32,000 nt of DNA. Origin: Candidatus Saccharimonadota bacterium. GTDB taxonomy: Archaea > Micrarchaeota > Micrarchaeia > Micrarchaeales > Micrarchaeaceae. The DNA is taken from positions 120,001 through 152,000 of the forward strand of contig OY970071.1 of assembly GCA_963705375.1 (NCBI GenBank). Direction: 5' to 3'. The number at the start of each line of letters is the position of its first letter. The stretch's first letter is position 1. Both the position numbers and the translations under genes were made by a program. Positions 1 through 8,129 of this stretch are shown here, one piece after another. The notes beneath the pieces were generated by a model. The model was not told the origin of the DNA, searched no databases, and was given only the letters and a program-made list of their open reading frames with translations.

Positions 1-312
1 TATGTCCCTGGAGGCAAAAGAGAGACTGGTGAGAGTAACGCGCAGGCGTTGATACGCGAAGTCAAAGAAGAACTGAGCGTGAACCTTATACCAGATACTT
101 TGCATTTTGAGGAGATCTTCCAGGCGCAAGCGCACGGCAAGCCCCTAGGCACAATCGTCAAAATGACGTGCTACACCGCAGATTTCCGCGGAGAGATCAA
201 GCCGGACTCTGAGATAGAGGCATTGAAATGGATGTCTTATGCGGACAAGGACATAATGCCACCTGTCGACAAACTTATCTTCGACTGGCTTCACAAGAAA
301 GGCAGCCTATAG
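1..312 (+). CDS. NUDIX hydrolase, 5' end cut by window edge
   Basis: Frame 1 is open from base 1. The translation YVPGGKRETGESNAQALIREVKEELSV carries the Nudix box GX5EX7REUXEE. Confidence 0.8.
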   Translation, partial: YVPGGKRETGESNAQALIREVKEELSVNLIPDTLHFEEIFQAQAHGKPLGTIVKMTCYTADFRGEIKPDSEIEALKWMSYADKDIMPPVDKLIFDWLHKKGSL

Positions 313-461
313 TTTAGATCCGAATCGAATGCGTTTTGAACTCAAAACCGCTGCACCAGACAAGAGACAAATACATTACGCGTTCAGGCATTGCCACTAT
401 CGCAAAAAGAAAGCGCATATATATCTAATGGCACACAGCGCATAAAGCATACGGTGATCCG

Positions 462-896
462 ATGTCAATGAGAGTAACGTCACATACGAATAATACGCTA
501 TCTGTGGCACTGGACGCAATAAAAGACACAGGATGGGCTTCCTATTGCATAACCATTCCTGCAACGGTCAATTCATTCAAGACCATCGAAGAAAAAAAGA
601 GCATACTGGGCAAGGTTGATATGTCTTCAGGCCCTGCAGAGAAACTTGAACTTGGTAGGTGGTATGTGCTGCTGCCGGTTTCAGAAAGGCCAGTAGCTGG
701 GAAAGAAGACGTGCAGAAATGCACAAAAAACGCTTTGAAGAAGCAGGAAGAAGTCGCAACTGCACAGACGATAATTGCATTCTTTTTTGAAGAAGGTTCT
801 GTACGTTCATTCACCCGTGCAGCAGATATTTGGAGCAGTTATGAGGACTTCATAAAGCTTCTTACCGAGAGTCTGGTGCAGGTAAAGCCACAGTAG
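462..896 (+). CDS. hypothetical protein (144 aa)
   Basis: Longest ORF at this locus. The overlapping minus-strand ORFs look like antisense artefacts. No motif recognised. Confidence 0.45.
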   Translation: MSMRVTSHTNNTLSVALDAIKDTGWASYCITIPATVNSFKTIEEKKSILGKVDMSSGPAEKLELGRWYVLLPVSERPVAGKEDVQKCTKNALKKQEEVATAQTIIAFFFEEGSVRSFTRAADIWSSYEDFIKLLTESLVQVKPQ

Positions 897-917
897 CGTG
901 CCCAGTTCTGCTTCATT

Positions 918-1529
918 TTATTTTCTGCTTTTTATTTTGAGGAAATGTTGCCTTCTTGCAAGGACCACTGCTACAAACAATGAGTTTGTCAAGACTAGGG
1001 AAGCAGGGTAAAGTGCGGTTGTCAGTGTTACTGACTGGAGTGCAAACAGAGAGATTGCAAGGCTTGTTCCGCTCAGAGCATATGTGCTTGCAGTCTCCTC
1101 ATACGGCCGCTTGTATGCCTTCCTGAAAGTCGGCACGAATGCAATCGCATCAACAAGAGTAGCTATCACCACTTCGTTCAGCGGTTTATTAGTTATCAGC
1201 CAAAGTGCGATGCCTATCAGGGCCAAAACAAGGCATAACGTGTCAAGAGGCACGATCTCTTTCTCGCCCCACCAGAACAATGCAATTGCTAATATCGCGA
1301 TCTCCATGGCTGTAGATGCGGCAAGCACCCATGCGCCCGAACCTGCGCCTTTAGACAGCGACGCGAAGAAGGTAGCACCCATTATCAGACTCCATACAAG
1401 CCAGGAGAACATGTGGGGCTTGGTTTTCTTTAGAAGCGCATCCCTGAAATAAGGTATGAACGCCACAAATCCAATTACTGCGGACACACTGCCTAGCAAT
1501 GTTTGGTATTCCATCAAAGGCACGGTCAT
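918..1529 (-). CDS. integral membrane protein, multiple predicted TM helices
   Basis: 203 aa made of successive hydrophobic stretches of about 20 aa. TATA-like TTATATAAAC on the coding strand (plus 1551-1560) lies 22-31 nt upstream of the ATG. Confidence 0.7.
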   Translation of the reverse strand: MTVPLMEYQTLLGSVSAVIGFVAFIPYFRDALLKKTKPHMFSWLVWSLIMGATFFASLSKGAGSGAWVLAASTAMEIAILAIALFWWGEKEIVPLDTLCLVLALIGIALWLITNKPLNEVVIATLVDAIAFVPTFRKAYKRPYEETASTYALSGTSLAISLFALQSVTLTTALYPASLVLTNSLFVAVVLARRQHFLKIKSRK

Positions 1530-1792
1530 ATGGGCCTAATCTCTGAAAAAGTTTATATAACAGAGCAGAACCTCTAGAATCATGGCAAATGTAGGCATAC
1601 TTGCTATCCGCTTAAATGTTTCAAAACAACAAAAAGTCACAAATAAAGGGCTCAGAAACGTCAATAATATATATTAGGACAAATTCATCTATCATATAAT
1701 TTTGAGTGAAGAATAAAGTGATAAAAGAACTGGAGCACCTGTCTTATATATTGAGGCATGCTGTAATTAACACAAGCTATTGAAGTGATTGA

Positions 1793-2350
1793 ATGTTCGG
1801 CCAAGCCACTGAGACAAAAAGCAAAGAAGCTGAAAACGCCCAGTTCAATCAACTGCTCGGCAGATTAACCGCAGACAGAGCAGACCAGGCCTGCGAGCTT
1901 CGAGAGGCTTTGAAAAGGACTCCAGCAAATGCCTTGCAAGTGCTTGAATTTGTGTTCATAAACATACCCGGGGTGCTAGGTTCTAAATCGAAGTGGGAAG
2001 TTTTCGCTGCTGCGGCAAAGGAGAACCAATCGGAATTCGAAAAACTTGAAACAAAAGCGCATGGAACTGCAATGATGTCCGGATTAGGGGAAGAATATCA
2101 CGCCGTACGAGATGCCGCAAGTGAAGTTGCTATTGATGCTGCATTTAAAGCGCGGGGTGATCCGACGTCAGGCGCAACTAGTTCCGCTTCGCTGTATGCC
2201 ATAAGTGAAGCCATGCTGCTTGCCGAATGCATGATAGTGCTGAACAAGCTAAGTTCTAGCAAAGAGTTCCTTAGTGCATACTCTCGCTTCTTGAGCCATT
2301 GGAAAACCGAAGCGCCAAACGCAGAAGTGCAAGTCGACTTGAGAGAGTAG
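1793..2350 (+). CDS. hypothetical protein, island paralog family W (divergent)
   Basis: Core ALQVLEFVFINIPGVL matches the LWxxLE..IP..FIFxxIP signature of the other W loci. Ala-rich helical C-terminal half ends in FLSHWKTE. Confidence 0.55.
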   Translation: MFGQATETKSKEAENAQFNQLLGRLTADRADQACELREALKRTPANALQVLEFVFINIPGVLGSKSKWEVFAAAAKENQSEFEKLETKAHGTAMMSGLGEEYHAVRDAASEVAIDAAFKARGDPTSGATSSASLYAISEAMLLAECMIVLNKLSSSKEFLSAYSRFLSHWKTEAPNAEVQVDLRE

Positions 2351-2500
2351 AACGTATAAAAATGAACGAGCATACAGCATGCGCCTCCTCTAATGCCTGG
2401 ATTGTCGCATTCCGCGTTCTCAGAATGTAAAGCTTTAAGAACGGCACAAAAAGCTCTTATATGTGAAGAATCAGACATGCTTTTTGAATAGGGGGTAGAA

Positions 2501-2995
2501 ATGTCGATGTTAAAAGAATGCGATCCGCTCCGAGATATGGCGGAAAATTCTACGGGAGTCATCGGAATAAAGTCGCTTTACAATAGCCTAAAAGAAGTTC
2601 CAGAAGGCACGGTTCCGCTTGATAACAAAATAAGGATTATGAATGTGGTGCTCCAGGACGTGCCTGCTCAATTTGGCAGCATGTTCCGTGCGCCAACTGC
2701 ATCTTTGCAAGAACTGGAAATTCACAGGAAAGAAGCGTGGCGTTTGGCGTGCAACGCAGGTCTGTGCAAAGCGTGGGACGCAATAGACTGTGCGATATCC
2801 AATGCAGTCCAGGATGCTAAAGGCAGTCTTGAAGCCAAGTATGTTGTAGAAACTGCCGCAAAAATGTTTGCAGAATCGTTGCTGCTGTGGTCTTTTTCAA
2901 GCCACGGAAGCACTAACTTGTTCATGGCTGGCGCAACAGCACTTTGGAATGAGCTGCGCAGAGACAGGTCTGCTGTAAGCCTCCGGACAAGATAA
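2501..2995 (+). CDS. hypothetical protein, family W (divergent)
   Basis: NKIRIMNVVLQDVPAQF core, followed by AWDAIDCAISNAVQDA-type helices and ALWNEL near the C-terminus. Tightly packed with the next two genes. Confidence 0.5.
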   Translation: MSMLKECDPLRDMAENSTGVIGIKSLYNSLKEVPEGTVPLDNKIRIMNVVLQDVPAQFGSMFRAPTASLQELEIHRKEAWRLACNAGLCKAWDAIDCAISNAVQDAKGSLEAKYVVETAAKMFAESLLLWSFSSHGSTNLFMAGATALWNELRRDRSAVSLRTR

Positions 2996-3007
2996 TACAG
3001 GGATGCC

Positions 3008-3469
3008 ATGCCTAATCAGACAAAGCACCAAAAGGCACACGATAGAATTGCCGATAAGTCTGGGCCACCAGGTGCAGAAGAAGAACAAGACTTTAAGTAT
3101 GAGTATGGACGTAATGTGCCGCATCCGATAATAACTTCAGATGTACGCAAAATTGCCGAAACGATCTCGCGCGCCATGGGGCTTGCATTGTTTGAAGATT
3201 CCGGCTGCCTCTATCTTGTCCCTGAAGGGTCGAGCCCTACGTTACAAAATTACATCTTCATGGTAAGTGGCGAGGCCGGTAGGGGTGTGATAATGACCTC
3301 CTCTAACGGTGGTCCGAATGTGGCTCCAGAAAAGTTCGAAACATTTTTCAAAAATGTAGATGCTGTGCTAGAAGGGGAATTTGCTGCAGACTTCAACATA
3401 ACAGGAAACGCGAAAGGTACGGTTGTGATATGTCCTAAGATTAAATCCGAATTGCAGAACAAGGAGTAG
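3008..3469 (+). CDS. hypothetical protein, island paralog family V
   Basis: Clear paralog of 14777..15193. Shared blocks are ITSDVRKIA / ITSDARNVA, EDSGCLYLVPEGS / EDSNCLNLVPEGS, EAGRGVIM / EEGRGVVV and ADFNITGNAKGTVVI / ADFEIDGNANSIVVL. Confidence 0.65.
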   Translation: MPNQTKHQKAHDRIADKSGPPGAEEEQDFKYEYGRNVPHPIITSDVRKIAETISRAMGLALFEDSGCLYLVPEGSSPTLQNYIFMVSGEAGRGVIMTSSNGGPNVAPEKFETFFKNVDAVLEGEFAADFNITGNAKGTVVICPKIKSELQNKE

Positions 3470-3477
3470 CTGAATAG

Positions 3478-4197
3478 GTGTGTGATGCCGTGCAAACTAA
3501 AGATAAACGAATGGAGCTCGTAAGAGGCGGTGATGCGCTTGCGGCTTGCGGAGCGATAAACCACGACATAGGCTCTGAGAGTTACGAGTGCTGGAAAACG
3601 TTCGTAAGGAACGATAACGAAAGAACGGTCAGTGCAGTGATTCGTGTAATCAAAAAGATTTTGGACGGAGCAAATCCCGAAGAGATAGAACTGGTCATGA
3701 ACAGGAAAAGTGCATCGGATGAAGACTTTCTTGACCTAGTGCTTGATTTCTTCCACGAACCCGACGGTGCAGTGCATGCAGCAAAGGTCGCCAGGCTTGG
3801 CAAACACATTCATCAGCCTGTTGATGTCCGCATTTCGACTCCTTGCGGTTTGATCAACAACGAGGGAATCCTTGAAGAGGTTAATGCAGATTCATTCGGA
3901 GTACGGATAAAGACAAAACCTGTGCTCAAACCAGGTTTGAACGAAGTCCTGGTGGCATCTGTGGAAATGACTTTTTGTTTTATCGGGCAGGATTATGGAA
4001 TAAAAGAAGTGATACTTCCTTCAGGGATGGATTCTTTCGCGAATAGGTCTCTGCCCGACCATTACGATCATAAAAAAGTAGAAGAATATGCGAAGAGCTT
4101 ATTCGGAGAAAAACAGGCGCATAGTGTTATGAAAATAATTGGCGAAGAGCAGCAACATGGCGCTTTGGACCGAAATAAAACATTCTTGCACGAATGA
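3478..4197 (+). CDS. hypothetical protein (start possibly ATG 3511)
   Basis: 239-aa ORF lying 9 nt after the family V gene, an operon-like arrangement. No motif recognised. Confidence 0.55.
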   Translation: MCDAVQTKDKRMELVRGGDALAACGAINHDIGSESYECWKTFVRNDNERTVSAVIRVIKKILDGANPEEIELVMNRKSASDEDFLDLVLDFFHEPDGAVHAAKVARLGKHIHQPVDVRISTPCGLINNEGILEEVNADSFGVRIKTKPVLKPGLNEVLVASVEMTFCFIGQDYGIKEVILPSGMDSFANRSLPDHYDHKKVEEYAKSLFGEKQAHSVMKIIGEEQQHGALDRNKTFLHE

Positions 4198-4300
4198 TTC
4201 AGAAAAAATATGAGAGGCCAATTCCACACAAAATCCAAAAAGAAGAGCAACAGTAGGGTCTGATGCACAAAACGTGCATCAAGACTCTCATATACGCTGC

Positions 4301-4972
4301 TCAGTTCAGCTTCTCTTTTCGCAGCGCATCTCTGATCGGCTTTACGAGCTCGCGATATAGCGGGTTGCTTACAACGTTTGGCTCAGGTCTGTCGTGCTTG
4401 ATCTTTGCAAGGACAAACTGCTCTGCAGGAGTCATGCAAGAAATCCACTCTGGAAGTTCTGCAAGAGATACTCTCCAGCCCGCATTGTGCTCTGGCAGTT
4501 TCTGATCCGGCACTTCGCCATTTGCCAACTGCATGACGGTGTTTGCCTGAGCCTCACTGAGTTCCAGTGCGAATACGCCAGCGAATACGAATCTTACCTG
4601 TATCTCTGGATCGACGAAGTCGAATGCCTTTGTTATGATTGGGGCAACTCTGCCTTCTGTAACCGAGTTAATAAACTCTTCGCCCATTTCCCTCATTTGG
4701 GCACCAATGGCGCTTTCGAACACTACTTTCTTTCCACCCTTGCCATCATCAGCAAGCTGATCGTTAATGTGGAACGTGTTGAAGTTGCCGTATTCTGGAT
4801 ATAGCTTTTTTTCCGGAATTCTCTTAAGAACGAGCACTTCTTGGCTCTCACATATTATCGGAATCCCTCCCGCTACAAGGTGTATTGTATACTCCTCTAT
4901 TGGTTTTTCTATACGTTGCAGCGCTGCGGCATCTTTTGTTTCCTTATTCATGTTCTGTATGTCTTTTGGCAT
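4301..4972 (-). CDS. NUDIX-box containing protein
   Basis: GKKVVFESAIGAQMREMGEEF fits GX5EX7REUXEE. The final XGU of the box is not kept. Confidence 0.55.
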   Translation of the reverse strand: MPKDIQNMNKETKDAAALQRIEKPIEEYTIHLVAGGIPIICESQEVLVLKRIPEKKLYPEYGNFNTFHINDQLADDGKGGKKVVFESAIGAQMREMGEEFINSVTEGRVAPIITKAFDFVDPEIQVRFVFAGVFALELSEAQANTVMQLANGEVPDQKLPEHNAGWRVSLAELPEWISCMTPAEQFVLAKIKHDRPEPNVVSNPLYRELVKPIRDALRKEKLN

Positions 4973-5101
4973 TTTACCACGGAACTGGTCGATTCGACGA
5001 GATATTTATGGTTTTAGGTTTCCAGAACTGACTTTAAATGCTTTTTGTGCCGGTTCATGAACTGATGTAATATCCTAAGCACCACAACGTGCACCAACAA
5101 C

Positions 5102-6013
5102 TTAGCCCTGTAGAAATCCTATTGTCGACATAGAATTAATTTTCATATATCGGTAAATATTGTATACAATATCAATCATTTTCAGCTCTCTTCTTCGTAA
5201 ACGCAAAAGTCTGCTATGTAATTCACTCCCAAATTTCCTCTTTTCTACAAAATTCACTGTTTCTACCTTACTTCTTTGATGGTACTGTCGAATTGGAAAG
5301 TGCAGAAGTAACATTCTCCGGTACTTGCCCTTCATATTTAACCCAGATTTTACTGGCCTCAGAGGTATTATTGATTTACCACCTATTACTTCACGTACAA
5401 ATTCGTGGTTTGCCTCTGAATCATATCCTTTGTCTGCGGTTACGTTTCTTATCTCAACTAATTCGCTACTTGCCTCTACAAGCGGTTTAAAGTCGATAGT
5501 ATCGTGTCTTGGCACTTGTCTGGTTACTGATGCAATTATTGCCTGATTATTTGTGTCTACTGCGATAGAATGTTTCATGAATTTCCTACGTTTACTTAAT
5601 TCAACTCCAAATTCTGCCAGTCTTAACCTATAATAATAAGACATGTAGTTCTCACCGAATCCAGTTCCATCTACTCCGACATTCGCCGTTTTTGCCTCAA
5701 ATAATTGATACGTCTTAGACAAAAGGAATTCCAACACATATGCAGGTATCCTGCTAAGAAATTTCTGCAATGTTGTAAAATGCGGTACTGATTTTTCAAA
5801 TCGAAAATAAGTCCATAACTCCTTCAAGAGATCGGTTACATCACGATACGGTTTGTTCTCGTATTTCATCAACAATATTGCAACTGCATGTTGATATTGG
5901 GTATATGTTTTCTTTGAAAATTTTCCAGAATATGGCCTAAGCACCCGTTTCACTTCGCGAAACGCAATTTCTACAAATTTCTTATATCTAGAGTTCCAAT
6001 TATCTACTATCAT
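5102..6013 (-). CDS. DDE transposase, IS4/IS5 superfamily
   Basis: 303 aa containing VDGTG, ADKGYDSE and the Y-2-R-3-E-6-K signature (YHQRSKVETVNFVEK). TATAAA on the coding strand inside the palindrome GGGGTTTATACCCC lies about 35-40 nt upstream of the ATG. Confidence 0.9.
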   Translation of the reverse strand: MIVDNWNSRYKKFVEIAFREVKRVLRPYSGKFSKKTYTQYQHAVAILLMKYENKPYRDVTDLLKELWTYFRFEKSVPHFTTLQKFLSRIPAYVLEFLLSKTYQLFEAKTANVGVDGTGFGENYMSYYYRLRLAEFGVELSKRRKFMKHSIAVDTNNQAIIASVTRQVPRHDTIDFKPLVEASSELVEIRNVTADKGYDSEANHEFVREVIGGKSIIPLRPVKSGLNMKGKYRRMLLLHFPIRQYHQRSKVETVNFVEKRKFGSELHSRLLRLRRRELKMIDIVYNIYRYMKINSMSTIGFLQG

Positions 6014-6110
6014 TTTGTCGCCAAAAACAGAATGATAGGAGGGGTTTATACCCCTTCCGAAATAGTGGAAGTGTCAGACATTTACGACGTCAGGAGGATT
6101 TCTACAGAAC
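5104..6110 (-). mobile_element. IS5-family (IS903-like) insertion sequence, about 1 kb
   Basis: Terminal inverted repeats share a perfect 13-nt core CTGTAGAAATCCT (5108-5120 and reverse complement of 6095-6107). Flanked by the direct repeat CCAACAACTT (5094-5103 and 6111-6120). Single DDE transposase ORF. Visibly more AT-rich than its surroundings. Confidence 0.85.
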
Positions 6111-6122
6111 CCAACAACTTTT

Positions 6123-6176
6123 CAAAATCACAACAAACTGTATAAAAATCGTCACAAAAGGCACGTATAAGTATCT
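6123..6176 (+). promoter_or_regulatory. island promoter module (distal box, BRE-like block, TATAAGTATCT) for 6225..7283
   Basis: CAAAATCACAACAAAC (6123-6138), CACAAAAGGCACG, TATAAGTATCT (6166-6176). Confidence 0.7.
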
Positions 6177-6224
6177 GGAAATACAAAGTGTATGCTAGAG
6201 GGCTAAACAGCAAAAGGTCGTGTA

Positions 6225-7283
6225 GTGTTCAAACATAACTCAGATAAGGCCACTTCTGATGTGCAAGAGATTACTATTGGCAACGTTGCAATCTGTATTC
6301 TGAACAGTTCGAATGCTGAGATGCAATTGGCATTGGAGCACCATAACTATCGGCTTAAACATAGAGATATGGCCGTAGAATGTATTGAAGATGGACCACC
6401 CATAGGAGTTATCGGGCTCCCTGACAGCATATGTGGACAGTATGACCTTCATCATCAACATGTAGAAATAGACTCCTCAAAGTCGACAAAGGAAACCTTT
6501 GCGCACGAGTTGTACCACCACAGGCAACGCTTGTTCTTTGATTTCTTACAAAATGCGGGCTCGGCATTCTATGAGGCCGCTGCCTACTTTGCAGGTGCAG
6601 ACTATGCATATTTTTCTGGCAGAATGGGTAATCCAAACTACCTCGACGAGTCGGCAAGCGAAGAGATTCGGTTTGCGGTTATATCGAACTTATGCGCTCG
6701 TTTTCCCGAATCATTTACCTCAGGGCTGATAAGATCCGCTGTTGCGCATGCAGTAGAGAATTCGGAGGTGTTCTGCCGTGCTGTGCTTGAAGACGCCTCG
6801 AATATTATTCGGGCTACTGAAACCCAAGAACGTAAGACTGCATTTGTAGGAAACGTGATTGCGCTGCTTGCGTTCGCTGCGAATGACTTTGACTTCGACA
6901 AGACGTACGACGTGCTGGAGTCCACTCCAGACGAAGTGCTGGATTTCCTAGCCAACGCAAATCAAGAAAACATCGAGAAAGTAATCTGCATGGTGGATGT
7001 GATTTTTGGTATGAGTAAAGAAACACAAGAGCAAACAAACAAAGCGTTCAACGATGATGCATACCTTGTAGCAAATTTGCTATCAAAATCGATGCTGCTG
7101 AAAGTAAAAGAGTATGGCAAGTTTCTGCGCATCATTCCGAGCTGGTCGGAGGCCCCAGTAAAGGACCAATTGTTTGGGATTTACACCAAAGCAGACGAAC
7201 GCGTGGTAGTTCTTCCTGTAAAGGATGACCTTCTCTGCGGGCTAAAGCCCGCAGTATCTCATCACGCCGCGAGCGTCATCTGA
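6225..7283 (+). CDS. family M: ImmA/IrrE-like (COG2856-type) HExxH metallopeptidase-domain protein, 3' end replaced by an IS200-type insertion
   Basis: HELYH at codons 94-98, followed 19 residues later by EAAAYFAGADYAYFSG (resembles the E..An.FA motif of peptidase M78). Paralogous to 8130..9935 and 11462..12334. The last 22 codons read into the IS hairpin. Confidence 0.7.
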   Translation: MFKHNSDKATSDVQEITIGNVAICILNSSNAEMQLALEHHNYRLKHRDMAVECIEDGPPIGVIGLPDSICGQYDLHHQHVEIDSSKSTKETFAHELYHHRQRLFFDFLQNAGSAFYEAAAYFAGADYAYFSGRMGNPNYLDESASEEIRFAVISNLCARFPESFTSGLIRSAVAHAVENSEVFCRAVLEDASNIIRATETQERKTAFVGNVIALLAFAANDFDFDKTYDVLESTPDEVLDFLANANQENIEKVICMVDVIFGMSKETQEQTNKAFNDDAYLVANLLSKSMLLKVKEYGKFLRIIPSWSEAPVKDQLFGIYTKADERVVVLPVKDDLLCGLKPAVSHHAASVI

Positions 7284-7879
7284 CAGGATACGTCTTGCCT
7301 CCTGATGTAATTCTGTACCGTCTTCTCGTCGCGAGGCCCAACACTTCCGTTGCTGTATCCTGCACTCCAGAAGTGACCTTGCAGATACCGCAGCCTATGG
7401 TTAGGTATTTCCTTGAAAACCACATACGACGAATATCCCTTCAGCAGTTGTACTGCAGTTGCAATCGACATTGTATTTGGAATGCCTGTTTCGAGATGTA
7501 TGTGTGCGTAATCATCGCCAAATGACATTTCCTTTATTGAGATCTTGTACCTTTCTGCAACGTTGTAGAGGGCACCACGTATTGCCGCCACGGTTTTCGG
7601 GTTCTTGAACATCTTGTATCGGTACTTCGTAACGAAGACAAGGTGCTGGAAGTTGTATTGATGACCGACGCTGTCGGCAGATGGTTCTTTATTTGCAGCG
7701 GTTCCACTATTCATGTTATCACGTATCGGCAGTTTGCGGCGCAAATTTTTCCGTGCCGCGGCTGCCTTACGCAGAAATCTACAGGAAAAGTATTTCAGTA
7801 ACTGTGCAATTCATTCACGACCTAAAGGTCGTGGTATTCTTGCCCTAAGAATAAGATCCCTTCAGGACAGCAAAAGGCA
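7218..7879 (-). mobile_element. IS200/IS605-family element carrying only tnpA (boundaries approximate)
   Basis: Subterminal perfect hairpins CTGCGGGC-TAAA-GCCCGCAG (7235-7254) and CACGACC-TAAA-GGTCGTG (7816-7833) flank tnpA. The left end TGCCTTTTGC (reverse complement ending at 7879) resembles the TGCCTTACGG end of the second copy. Confidence 0.65.
7262..7714 (-). CDS. tnpA: IS200-type HUH/Y1 transposase TnpA
   Basis: FVTKYRYKMF, the HUH motif in YAHIHLE, and the C-terminal VQNYIRRQ tyrosine helix. The ORF track starts at 7744, but MNSGTA (7714) is the more likely start. Confidence 0.9.
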   Translation of the reverse strand: MNSGTAANKEPSADSVGHQYNFQHLVFVTKYRYKMFKNPKTVAAIRGALYNVAERYKISIKEMSFGDDYAHIHLETGIPNTMSIATAVQLLKGYSSYVVFKEIPNHRLRYLQGHFWSAGYSNGSVGPRDEKTVQNYIRRQDVSCQMTLAA

Positions 7880-8089
7880 TTTTTCAAAAAAGCATACCTG
7901 ATACTCAAAGACAACCTCAAGGACTTCAACATAATCAGAGAAAAATATGACTGGATAACAGTAAGCTCGAAAGAGCACAGCGCGTGAATTTGTAAAACTG
8001 AAAATAAAGTGGGCGGATTACCTAAAGGAAATGCCAACAAGATCCTGGAAGACTAGGCACTGTTGACGTGACGAACCCTGAAAGGTAGG

Positions 8090-8100
8090 TATAAGTATCT
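8090..8100 (+). promoter_or_regulatory. TATAAGTATCT promoter core for 8130..9935
   Basis: Exact 11-mer 30 nt upstream of the ATG. Confidence 0.65.
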
Positions 8101-8129
8101 GAAAAACAAAGGAAATATTTGGTCATCAA

